A stretch of 56,613 nt of DNA. Origin: Microbacterium sp. (GTDB lineage: Bacteria > Actinomycetota > Actinomycetes > Actinomycetales > Microbacteriaceae). How positions within the stretch are numbered: the stretch's first letter is position 1; each line of letters opens with the position of its first letter. The stretch is taken from positions 1 through 56,613 of the forward strand of contig DASSYC010000127.1 of the NCBI GenBank assembly GCA_035703465.1. The letters run 5' to 3'. A model generated the notes under the pieces. It made no database searches and had not been told where the DNA came from. It worked only from the letters and a program-made list of their open reading frames with translations. Below are positions 10,940 through 19,702 of this stretch, piece after piece. The position numbers and the translations under genes were made by a program.

Positions 10940-11725
10940 TCACGCCTCGCTCATGGCCTGGGCCACCTCGGCCTGGCCCTTCGCGGCGTAGTACGCCGCA
11001 CGGGCGGCATCCCGCTTCGCCTGCTCGGCATAGCCGGCGTCGAGCACGTCCTGCGGCACCTCGACGCTGTCGACCCGATTGCGGCCGTGGTGCTTCTCGA
11101 TGTACGCGTCCAGCTCCGGCCCCGACGTCCACGAGGTGATGAGGTTGTAGCGCGGCTCGGTGCCCACGTGGGTGGCGGCGTGCCAGAGGCGCTGCGTGTC
11201 GATGATCAGCTGCGCGCCCGCCGGCAGCGCGATGCGCGTCTCGCCCTGCGGGTCGGTGCGGTTGTCGCGCAGGACGAAGAAGCTGTCCTTGTCGTCGGAG
11301 AGGTTGAAGAACCCGCGCACGACCCAGCCGGTGCCGTCGGGGTTGAGGCGGTTGTTGTCGTCCTGGTGCAGGTTGTACAGGCAGTCGCCGTACGTGTTCG
11401 GCTGCAGCTCGATGACGCGGCAGCGGCCGACGTTCGCACCGGGCTCCTGTGCGCGGCGGGTGAGGATCGGGGCCTTGGCGACCTGCGAGTCGATCCAGAC
11501 GCCGTCCTTGTCGGTTCGGGGCGGCACGGAGTTCCAGAACCCGTTGCACTCGATCTCGCCGTGAGCCGATGCCAGCGGCGCGAACCGCGTGTCTCCGGAG
11601 GACTTCCAGTCGACATATTCGATGTCGAGCCACTCCTTCGGATCGAGTTCCTGGTTGTACGAGTCGAGGACGACGTAGCCTGTCTCCTCGAGCGCTGCGC
11701 ACTTGATGTAACCCATGTCAGACAT
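10940..11725 (-). CDS. Hypothetical protein with 2OG-Fe(II) oxygenase-like motifs
   Basis: Strong GC3 coding bias. GRCRVIEL.P...LHQD (HxD) ... IIDTQRLWHAATH.GTEPRYNL (distal His plus Arg). Start is ATG 11725 or 11716 after GAAAGG. Confidence 0.75.
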   Translation of the reverse strand: MSDMGYIKCAALEETGYVVLDSYNQELDPKEWLDIEYVDWKSSGDTRFAPLASAHGEIECNGFWNSVPPRTDKDGVWIDSQVAKAPILTRRAQEPGANVGRCRVIELQPNTYGDCLYNLHQDDNNRLNPDGTGWVVRGFFNLSDDKDSFFVLRDNRTDPQGETRIALPAGAQLIIDTQRLWHAATHVGTEPRYNLITSWTSGPELDAYIEKHHGRNRVDSVEVPQDVLDAGYAEQAKRDAARAAYYAAKGQAEVAQAMSEA

Positions 11726-11864
11726 GACCTTTCGTAGAGGGGCCAGCACGTTTTTACAGGCCCGACCGGGCAAGCCTACCTCCCGGTCACCGCACCGCCC
11801 CGGGGCCCTGCCGCTCAATGATCGAGGCACCGCTTAAGGTGGATGCGGAGGACGACGAGACGAC

Positions 11865-13868
11865 ATGAGCAGTGCCACCAACATCGATGCCACGGCCGTC
11901 AACACCATCGCCTGGCTGTCCGCGCCGGAGACGAACATCGTCGTCCCCCTCTATCAGCGCCAGTACCGGTGGGACATCGGCGGCTGCGAGCAGCTGCTCG
12001 GCGACATCCGTGCGGTCGCGGGGTCCGACACGCAGGACATGCACTTCATCGGCTCGATCCTCTCCTCGCGCGGTGCCGAGGGCGGCGAGGCCGAGCTCGT
12101 GCTCATCGACGGTCAGCAGCGGATCACCACGATCATGCTGCTCGTGGCTGCGCTGCGGCACACCATCGCCGCGACCGATCCCGTGCTGGCCGCCGAGCTC
12201 GAGCGGGTGCTGGTGCGGGCGTCCGATCCGGCGCGGACCAAGCTGCGCCCGCACCGCGCGTGGGCGCACGTCTTCGAGGACGTCGTGCTGGACCGCACCG
12301 ACGGGATGCCTCGGGATTCCCGCTTCGACGACAACTACGCGTTCTTCCGCAGCCAGGTGCCTGCCGAGGAGGCCCCGGCGATCTGGGCCGGCCTGCGCAG
12401 GCTGGAGCACGTGTCGATCGCGCTCGGCGCCGGGGCGAACGCGCAGCAGATCTTCGAGAGCCTCAACTCGACCGGAGCGCCTCTGCGCGATCACGAGCTG
12501 ATCCACAACTACGTGCTGATGGGCCTCTCGCACGCACAGCAGACCGAGATCGAGGACGAGTACTGGGCTGCGATCGAGCAGAACACCGGCGAGGCGATCG
12601 GCGCGTTCTGGCGCCACTACCTCGTCATGACGACCGGTCGCGAGGTCACCGTCGCGGGCGAGCGCGGCGTGTACGACGCCTTCCGTCAGCTCTTCCCCCG
12701 ACTCGATGCCGAGACCCTGCGCAGCCACGCCGCCCAATGGCGGGAGCACAGCGCGATCTATCGGGTGCTGCTCGATCCGCGAGAGGCCGATGATCCCGCC
12801 GTCGCGCGTCAGCTGGCCTACCTCAACACCTTCGGCCGGGGCATGTACCCGCTGGTCATGCGCGCGTACGCCGACCACCTCCACGGCGATCTCGATCGCG
12901 ATGCCCTGATCACGACGCTCGAGCACATCCAGGCGCTGCTGCTGCGCCGCGCGCTGGTGGGGCTGCCCAGCGATCGCCTCGTGGCGCGCCTGTGCCGGGC
13001 GCGCGAGGAGGGACCGGAGGCATTCACGCACGCCCTCTCACGGATCACCCCGTCGGATGAGCGGGTGCGCGTCTCGCTGAAGTACACCGATCTGCCGCAT
13101 GCGGCATACGTGCTGGGACGCCTCGCGGACGTCGCCGACCTCGACGGGCTGGGGGTCGAGCACATCGTCCCGCTCGCCCCGTCCGACGAGTGGAGCGGCG
13201 ACGGCGTGCGGGCGTGGGCGGACTACACCGAAGACCAGCAGAACAGTCACCGCGCGCTCGCGCAGTCGCTCGGCAACATGACGCTGCTCGAGCAGGATCT
13301 GGCAGAGCGGGTCTTCGGCGCCTCGTTCCCGCTCAAGCGCGACGAGGCCTATGCGCGCAGCGGCGTCGAACTCACCCGCCGCCTGGGCGAGCAGCCCGCA
13401 TGGACCACCGCGGCGATCTCCGCGCGCACCGCGGACCTGACCGACGGCCTGCTGCAGATCTGGCGGCGTCCGGCCACGACCCTGATCGACGATGACGGCC
13501 TGACCCCCATCCTGGACGCGAAGCGCCGGCGCGGTTGGCCGCGGGGGTGGGAGCGCGAGTTCGACTACGTCGAATACCGAGGCGAGCACTGGGAGGTGCA
13601 TGACGTCAAGCACCTGTTCCACCGCATCTTTCTGCGGCTGTGGGCCGATGCCCGCGACGATGTGCTCACCTACAGCGCCCGGCGCGGCGGACCGATCTTC
13701 CCCGCCCGCTCGTGGAACGGCCAATGGGACACACTGGATGCCGAGCACTTCCTGTACATGGGCTGGGACTCGAAGTACATGCTGACCGCGGTGCAGGGGG
13801 CGCTCGACGAGGCCGGCTTCGCGCCGGAGGTGTTCGTCAAGTACTCCTACATCGGCGCGGCCATGTAG
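11865..13868 (+). CDS. GmrSD-family (DUF262 + DUF1524) type IV restriction-like protein with extra C-terminal domain
   Basis: VPLYQRQYRW, HFIGSI, LIDGQQRITT, IFESLNSTG (DUF262); VEHIVP and LGNMTLL (DUF1524). Confidence 0.88.
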   Translation: MSSATNIDATAVNTIAWLSAPETNIVVPLYQRQYRWDIGGCEQLLGDIRAVAGSDTQDMHFIGSILSSRGAEGGEAELVLIDGQQRITTIMLLVAALRHTIAATDPVLAAELERVLVRASDPARTKLRPHRAWAHVFEDVVLDRTDGMPRDSRFDDNYAFFRSQVPAEEAPAIWAGLRRLEHVSIALGAGANAQQIFESLNSTGAPLRDHELIHNYVLMGLSHAQQTEIEDEYWAAIEQNTGEAIGAFWRHYLVMTTGREVTVAGERGVYDAFRQLFPRLDAETLRSHAAQWREHSAIYRVLLDPREADDPAVARQLAYLNTFGRGMYPLVMRAYADHLHGDLDRDALITTLEHIQALLLRRALVGLPSDRLVARLCRAREEGPEAFTHALSRITPSDERVRVSLKYTDLPHAAYVLGRLADVADLDGLGVEHIVPLAPSDEWSGDGVRAWADYTEDQQNSHRALAQSLGNMTLLEQDLAERVFGASFPLKRDEAYARSGVELTRRLGEQPAWTTAAISARTADLTDGLLQIWRRPATTLIDDDGLTPILDAKRRRGWPRGWEREFDYVEYRGEHWEVHDVKHLFHRIFLRLWADARDDVLTYSARRGGPIFPARSWNGQWDTLDAEHFLYMGWDSKYMLTAVQGALDEAGFAPEVFVKYSYIGAAM

Positions 13869-13878
13869 CAGGGCCGCC

Positions 13879-14964
13879 TCAGGTCCGTGGCGGCGGGTCC
13901 TCCTTGTCGCGGACCGGCGGCTCCGGCCACACCTTCGACACCACCTCGGTGATGCGGACGGCGCCGGTCTTGGGCTGTGCGGGATCCACTCCCCCGCTGC
14001 TGCCCCGCTGGATCGGCAGCCCCTGGCTGTCGCTGATGACCTGCGGGTGGTGCCGTGCCAGTTCGAAGACGCCGTAGACGGCGATCGCACCGGCGATGGC
14101 GAAGCAGATGAAAACCCACCACGGCGCCTGCGAGGCCTCACCCAGCACGAACAGTCCGATCATGATGGCGACGATCGGGTCGATGACGGTCAGTCCCGCG
14201 ATCACGAGGTCGGGCGGGCCGGACGCATAGGCGGTCTGCACGAAGTAGGCGCCCACCGCCGCGGCGATGATGAGCGCGACAAGGCACACCACGGCGAGCC
14301 AGTCGAAGTTCGAGTTCTGGATGCGGTTGATGACGACCTTCGCCAGGGTAGCGACGAAACCGTACATGACCCCGGCGGCCACGATGTAGAACAGCGCGGT
14401 CATGCGGTGCCGCAGCCACAGCCACGCGGCCGTCAGCAGGATCGCGACGACGAGCAGGATGACCAGGATGGTGATCAGCTGGGAGTTCTGGATCTCCTCG
14501 TCGGTGGCGAACAGCGCCGCCAGCACGACGAACAGGAAGATGCCGCCTACACACTCGACGATGGCGCGGATCGAGCGCCGGGTCGGCCGGTGTCCGGAGA
14601 TGCGTGCGTTCAGGAGCGTGGTGATCACCAGGGCGATGGCACCGAGAGGCTGGACCACGATGAGGGGTGCGAACGACAGTGCCGCGAGCTGGCAGATGAT
14701 CGCCACGCCGAGCATGATGGTGCCGATCATCCAGGAAGGTCGCTGGAGCAGGCGCACCAGCTGCGCGGCCTTCAGCCCTTCGCTGCTGGACTGACCGGTG
14801 AGGCGCTCGACCTTCAGCACTCCGCGATGCTGGTACTGCGCGCCGAAGGACATGAACACCGCTCCGAGCAGCGCGAGCGGGATGCCGATGAGGATGCGCG
14901 GGTCGCCGAACACGCCGAGCAGCACGTCCGTGACGTCGTCGAGGCCGGCATCCGTCCACAGCAC
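13879..14964 (-). CDS. DMT-superfamily (NIPA/EamA-like) membrane protein
   Basis: About 9 hydrophobic segments; LLQRPSWMIG, APLIVVQPLG, QTAYASG. TAGTGT -10 six nt upstream. Confidence 0.8.
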   Translation of the reverse strand: MLWTDAGLDDVTDVLLGVFGDPRILIGIPLALLGAVFMSFGAQYQHRGVLKVERLTGQSSSEGLKAAQLVRLLQRPSWMIGTIMLGVAIICQLAALSFAPLIVVQPLGAIALVITTLLNARISGHRPTRRSIRAIVECVGGIFLFVVLAALFATDEEIQNSQLITILVILLVVAILLTAAWLWLRHRMTALFYIVAAGVMYGFVATLAKVVINRIQNSNFDWLAVVCLVALIIAAAVGAYFVQTAYASGPPDLVIAGLTVIDPIVAIMIGLFVLGEASQAPWWVFICFAIAGAIAVYGVFELARHHPQVISDSQGLPIQRGSSGGVDPAQPKTGAVRITEVVSKVWPEPPVRDKEDPPPRT

Positions 14965-15006
14965 GTCTCGACACTACCTGCAGGGTGCTCCCGCTAGGCT
15001 CTGGAC

Positions 15007-15573
15007 GTGGCCGTTCGACCGATCCGCATCATGGGCGATCCCGTCCTCCACGCGCCGGCGGCACCGGTCGAAGAGGTCACCGATGAGATCCGCACCCTCG
15101 TCGGAGACATGTTCGAGACGATGGATGCGGCGCCCGGAGTCGGGTTGGCGGCTCCCCAGGTGGGCGTCTCGCTGAGGGTGTTCACATACTCATACTCCGA
15201 TGAGGACGGAGCACCCTGGCGCGGCGCGGTGATCAACCCCGTGCTGTGGGTGGTCCCCTCAGAGCCGGGTGCCCCGGATGACGAGACCGAGTCGGAGGGA
15301 TGCCTGTCGTTCCCGGGCGAGCGCTTCGCCCTGCGTCGCTCCGATCGCGCGCTGCTGACCGGAACCGATCTGGACGGAGAGCCCGTGCACATCGAGGTCG
15401 ACGGCTGGCGCGCGCGCATCCTGCAGCACGAGTTCGATCACCTCGACGGCGTGCTCTACATCGACCGCCTCTCGGACGCGGACTGGAAGACGGTGCAGAA
15501 GATCGCCCGCAAGCGCGGGTGGGGCCGCCCGGGACAGAGCTGGATGCCGGGGGTCGACGACATCGACCCGTGA
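15007..15573 (+). CDS. def: Peptide deformylase
   Basis: GVGLAAPQVG, EGCLSFPG, QHEFDHLDG. Confidence 0.97.
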   Translation: MAVRPIRIMGDPVLHAPAAPVEEVTDEIRTLVGDMFETMDAAPGVGLAAPQVGVSLRVFTYSYSDEDGAPWRGAVINPVLWVVPSEPGAPDDETESEGCLSFPGERFALRRSDRALLTGTDLDGEPVHIEVDGWRARILQHEFDHLDGVLYIDRLSDADWKTVQKIARKRGWGRPGQSWMPGVDDIDP

Positions 15574-15580
15574 TGACCGA

Positions 15581-16825
15581 TCAGCCGCGATAGAGCTCGT
15601 CGATGACCGCCTGCGAAAGCACGTTCGCGGTCAGGCGCCCGTCCGGGGCGGACATCAGATTCGACCATGCGATCACCGTGATATCGCGCACAGGGTCGTG
15701 TCCCATGAACGAGTTGTAGCCGGGAAGCTCGCCGGTGTGGCCGTAGAGGGCGCCGTACCGGGCGATCGCCTGCCCATACGCCGAGCCGTCCGGAGCGTCG
15801 GGGTCGACCGGCATCGGGCTCTCCAGCCGCTGCTTCTGCATCTCGTCGTCGAGCAGGCCGCCCCCGACGAGCGCCTCCGCCCAGTCGGCGAGGTCGGCGG
15901 TCGTCGAGATGCCGGCGCCGGCGGCCCATCCCCAAGATGGGTTGTTGTCGGTCACATCGTTCGGAAGGAGTGTTCCCGCGTCCACTTCTTCGATCTGGGC
16001 GGGTGTGAGGACCCCACCCGTGGCGACCACGTCGGCGACCGTTCCGAACATGTACCCATGCGCGTGCTGTTCGGGGATCACGTCCGAGCTGAGCGGCGGA
16101 AGCAGGGTGCTCTCCATGCCGAGCGGTTCGAACAGCCGCGTCTGGAAGGCCTCTTCGACAGGTGTCCCGGTGAGCTGCTCGATGATGAGCCCCAGCAGCA
16201 CGGTGTTCGCGTTCGAGTAGAGGTACCCCTCACCCGGGGGGAACGCGGGCGGCTCGGCGAAGGAGAGCGCGAGCACCTCGTCGGGCGTCCACACCCGATC
16301 CGGCGTCTCGTCCATCGCCTGCGTGAGCTCGGGCAGATCGCTGTAGTCCACGAGTCCGCTGCGCATCGTCAGCATCTGATCGATCGTGATCTCATCGCCG
16401 TTCGGCACATCGTCGCGGTACTTGGAGACCGGGTCGTCCAAGCTCAGCGCGCCCGCTTGGACCAGCTGGAGGATGACGGTTCCGGTCATGGTCTTCGTGT
16501 TGCTTCCGATGCGGAACTGGTCGTCCATCCCGATCGGCTGATCCTCCCCGAGGACGCGCGTGCCGATCGAGATGAAGCAGTCCCCGAGCTCAGCCGAGCG
16601 CACGTAGACGACCACGCCCGTGGCCTTCAGCTCGTCTTCGGAGATCGCTGCGATGGTGGGACGAAGCTCTGCGCAGTAGGCCGGATCGGCACCGGCGGTG
16701 GGGCTGGGCGTGCCGGTCGGCCCGGCGGTCGCGGTGCAGCCGGCGACGAGCGCGATCATCAGCAGGGGCGGCATCCCCCTGCTCACTGTGCGGAGGTACC
16801 TCGGATCGTGCCCCGGTGAGGTCAC
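15581..16825 (-). CDS. Serine hydrolase, beta-lactamase/D-Ala-D-Ala carboxypeptidase family lipoprotein
   Basis: Lipobox LVAGC; FRIGSNTK (SxxK), YSN and HTG motifs. Confidence 0.88.
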   Translation of the reverse strand: MTSPGHDPRYLRTVSRGMPPLLMIALVAGCTATAGPTGTPSPTAGADPAYCAELRPTIAAISEDELKATGVVVYVRSAELGDCFISIGTRVLGEDQPIGMDDQFRIGSNTKTMTGTVILQLVQAGALSLDDPVSKYRDDVPNGDEITIDQMLTMRSGLVDYSDLPELTQAMDETPDRVWTPDEVLALSFAEPPAFPPGEGYLYSNANTVLLGLIIEQLTGTPVEEAFQTRLFEPLGMESTLLPPLSSDVIPEQHAHGYMFGTVADVVATGGVLTPAQIEEVDAGTLLPNDVTDNNPSWGWAAGAGISTTADLADWAEALVGGGLLDDEMQKQRLESPMPVDPDAPDGSAYGQAIARYGALYGHTGELPGYNSFMGHDPVRDITVIAWSNLMSAPDGRLTANVLSQAVIDELYRG

Positions 16826-16868
16826 AGTGTGACTGTACTCCCTGCGAGCCCGCGCGCGAGTGCGAAAG

Positions 16869-16944
16869 TGGCTCCCCCGGTTGGACTCGAACCAACAACC
16901 TATCGGTTAACAGCCGATTGCTCTGCCAATTGAGCTACAGGGGA
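16869..16944 (-). tRNA. tRNA-Asn (anticodon GTT), CCA encoded
   Basis: Reverse complement reads TCCCCTGTAGCTCAATTGGCAGAGCAATCGGCTGTTAACCGATAGGTTGTTGGTTCGAGTCCAACCGGGGGAGCCA. Confidence 0.97.
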
Positions 16945-16999
16945 ATGTGCCCGCCGAGCAGGCAACCCGTCCAGCTTAGCAAATGCCGGCGGCTCCGAA

Positions 17000-17779
17000 T
17001 CACGAGGATATGAGCCCGTGATCGGCCTCGGCGCCGGGTGTCCAGATGAGCCCGCCGGCACCGTCCCGGGCGACGACGTGACCCTGATGGAGCACGATGC
17101 GACGGGCGCGCAGGCGCCGCGGCAGCGCAGGGTCGTTGGTCGCGATCAGGGATGCCATGCCGTACTCCTCGCGCCGCCGTGCGATCGCATCGCGGACGAT
17201 GTGCTGCACTTCGACGTCCAGGTTCGCGAGCGGGTCGTCGGCGATGAGGATGCGCGGCTGCAGCACCAGGGCGCGTGCCAGCGCCACCCGCTGACGCATG
17301 CCCGCAGACAGCTCGTAGGGGAACTTCACCGCGGCTCCCAGCGGCAGCTCGACCTCATCCAGCAGCGCGGCGGTGCGCACGGCCAGAGCCCGCGCGTTCA
17401 CCTTGCGGTCGCGACTGGTGATCGGCTCTGCGATGATCTCGCCGACGGTCATGCGGGCATCCAGCCGGGCTCCTGCGCCCTGGGCGAGATAGCCCACATA
17501 GGCCAGGAGCATGCGTCGAGCGCGACCCGGCCGGCGCACGTCGATCCCCTCGACGACCGCGGTGCCGCCGTCGACGGCGAGGTCGTGGTCGGCCCGGCCG
17601 CTGAGCAGGGCGAGCAGACTCGATTTGCCGGCCCCCGTGGGGCCCATGACGGCGGTGGCGTCGCCCCGATCGAGGCGGAGGTCGATCCCCTCCACCACAC
17701 GCATGCGCGTCGGGCTCATCCACGCCACGCTCAGGTCGGTGCAGGCGATGGCGAGGGCCGGGTCGTCGCGGGGCGGCAT
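17000..17779 (-). CDS. Stand-alone ABC ATP-binding protein (DppD/OppF-like) with atypical catalytic residues
   Basis: Walker A GPTGAGKS, signature LSAGMRQR, Walker B ILIADD, H-loop position reads ATND. Confidence 0.85.
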   Translation of the reverse strand: MPPRDDPALAIACTDLSVAWMSPTRMRVVEGIDLRLDRGDATAVMGPTGAGKSSLLALLSGRADHDLAVDGGTAVVEGIDVRRPGRARRMLLAYVGYLAQGAGARLDARMTVGEIIAEPITSRDRKVNARALAVRTAALLDEVELPLGAAVKFPYELSAGMRQRVALARALVLQPRILIADDPLANLDVEVQHIVRDAIARRREEYGMASLIATNDPALPRRLRARRIVLHQGHVVARDGAGGLIWTPGAEADHGLISS

Positions 17780-17836
17780 GCGTTCATCCTGCCCTGTCGC
17801 GCGCGGGGTCGCCAACCGCACGGCGCGTCGCGGGTG

Positions 17837-19702
17837 TCACTGCTCCCCGCGAAGAAGATGCCGCTCGAGGTCGAGATCGCGCAGGCGCACGCGCAGGGCA
17901 CGACCCTCCTCCGAGTCGGCGGGGACTCGCTGCACCGCCCCGAGCAGCTCCGCCTTCTGCGCGTCGAGATCACGAGACAGCAGGGCCCTCGCCAGGCCAG
18001 ACGCCGACGCGACCGCGCCCTCTTCGTCGCGGGCGGGGAAGTCTGCGGCGAGCAGCTGGCCGGCGAGCTGGCGATACGGCTCGCGGACCATCTCCACGGC
18101 CGCCATGGCCCAGCCCGGGCGGCCGACGGCCGGGACGCTCTCGGCGACCGCGGCGCGGACGGCCTCCAGCGCCGGGTGCCGGAACGGCGACGTCGTGGCA
18201 CGGCGCAGGAGATCGGCGTCCAGACGGTGGCCGTACTGCAGGAAGCCCATCAGCGCGTCGCGTTCGAGCAGAGTGTCGCGGTCCGGACGCAGCGAGGCGA
18301 GCGTCACGCGCTCGGCCGGGGCATCCGCCGCCTCCGCCGACGGCTGACCCGCACGCGCCGGCTCGTCCCGACGGGCGGGCGCTCGCGACGCGCGCTCGAC
18401 CTCGCGCCGGACGTCGTCGGGATCGAGGCCGAGCCGGCGGGCCAGCACGCGCGTGTACTCCGGCTGGAGCAGCCGATCGCGCAGCTCGGCGACGACCGGG
18501 GCAGCGGCGCGCAGCGCGCCCACCCGACCCTCGACGGCCGACAGATCGTAGCCGGCGATGCGCTGGTCGAGCACGAACTCGACCATGGGCACCTTGGTGT
18601 CCATCAGGGCGCGCACGGCGCCGTCGCCTTTGCGGATCCGCAGATCGCACGGGTCGAGCCCCTCGGGGCCGACCGCCACGTAGGTCTGCGCGTTGAAGCG
18701 CTTGGCCTCGGCGAAAGCACGGAGCGCGGCCTTCTGGCCGGCGGCATCCGGATCGAAGGTGAACACGACCTCGCCCGCGGCTGATTCGTCCCCCATCACG
18801 CGGCGCAGGACGGTGATGTGCTCGGCACCGAAGGCCGTGCCGCAGGTGGCCACCGCCGTGGTGATGCCGGCGAGGTGGCAGGCCATGACGTCCGTGTAGC
18901 CCTCGACGACGACCACGCGGCGCGGATCGCCGCGTGCGATGTCGCGCTTGGCCAGATCGAGGCCGTAGAGCACCTGGGCCTTGTGGTAGACGGTGGTCTC
19001 GGGCGTGTTCAGATACTTCGGACCCTTGTCGTCCTCGCGCAGGCGCCGCGCCCCGAACCCGATCGTCTGGCCGGTCACATCGCGGATCGGCCAGACCAGG
19101 CGCCCCCGGAAGCGGTCGTACGCGCCCCGCTGGCCCGCGGAGACCAGGCCCGCCGCACTCAGCTCGTCCGCCGTGAAGCCCTGGGCGGTGAGCGCCTTGA
19201 TGAGGGCGTCCCAGCTCTGCGGCGCGAAGCCCACGCCGAAGTGGGCGGCCGCGCCCGCGTCGAACCCGCGCTCGCCCAGGAACCGCCGCCCGATCTCGGC
19301 CTCCGACGTCGTCAGCTGGGCGCGGAAGAACTCCGCCGCCGCCGCGTTGGCCGCATACATCCGGGTGCGGCCGCTCTTCTCCGGCGCCGCACCGCCATCC
19401 TCGTAGTGCAGCGCATACCCGATGCGCCCCGCCAGACGCTCGACCGACTCCTGGAAGCTGAGATGGTCCATCTTCTGCAGGAACGAGTACACGTCGCCTG
19501 ACTCGCCGCATCCGAAGCAGTGATAGAACCCGGCCTGCGGGCGCACGTTGAAGCTCGGGCTGCGCTCGTCGTGGAACGGGCACAGGCCCTTCAGCGAGCC
19601 GACCCCCGCGGGCTTGAGCGCAACCCGCTCGCCGATGATGTCGGCGATGTTCGTGCGCGCCTTGACCTCTTCGACGTCGGCCTGCGCGATCCGGCCCGCC
19701 AT
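17837..19702 (-). CDS. dnaG: DNA primase
   Basis: CPFHDERSPSF...CFGC zinc finger, PKYLNTPET, VEGYTDV, TOPRIM FDPDAAG. Confidence 0.97.
   Translation of the reverse strand: MAGRIAQADVEEVKARTNIADIIGERVALKPAGVGSLKGLCPFHDERSPSFNVRPQAGFYHCFGCGESGDVYSFLQKMDHLSFQESVERLAGRIGYALHYEDGGAAPEKSGRTRMYAANAAAAEFFRAQLTTSEAEIGRRFLGERGFDAGAAAHFGVGFAPQSWDALIKALTAQGFTADELSAAGLVSAGQRGAYDRFRGRLVWPIRDVTGQTIGFGARRLREDDKGPKYLNTPETTVYHKAQVLYGLDLAKRDIARGDPRRVVVVEGYTDVMACHLAGITTAVATCGTAFGAEHITVLRRVMGDESAAGEVVFTFDPDAAGQKAALRAFAEAKRFNAQTYVAVGPEGLDPCDLRIRKGDGAVRALMDTKVPMVEFVLDQRIAGYDLSAVEGRVGALRAAAPVVAELRDRLLQPEYTRVLARRLGLDPDDVRREVERASRAPARRDEPARAGQPSAEAADAPAERVTLASLRPDRDTLLERDALMGFLQYGHRLDADLLRRATTSPFRHPALEAVRAAVAESVPAVGRPGWAMAAVEMVREPYRQLAGQLLAADFPARDEEGAVASASGLARALLSRDLDAQKAELLGAVQRVPADSEEGRALRVRLRDLDLERHLLRGEQ

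Noticed and set aside
9933-13868. Intact prophage or integrative element at the CAT tRNA
   Set aside because: No integrase, structural or replication genes, and no duplicate of the tRNA 3' end (attR) was found.
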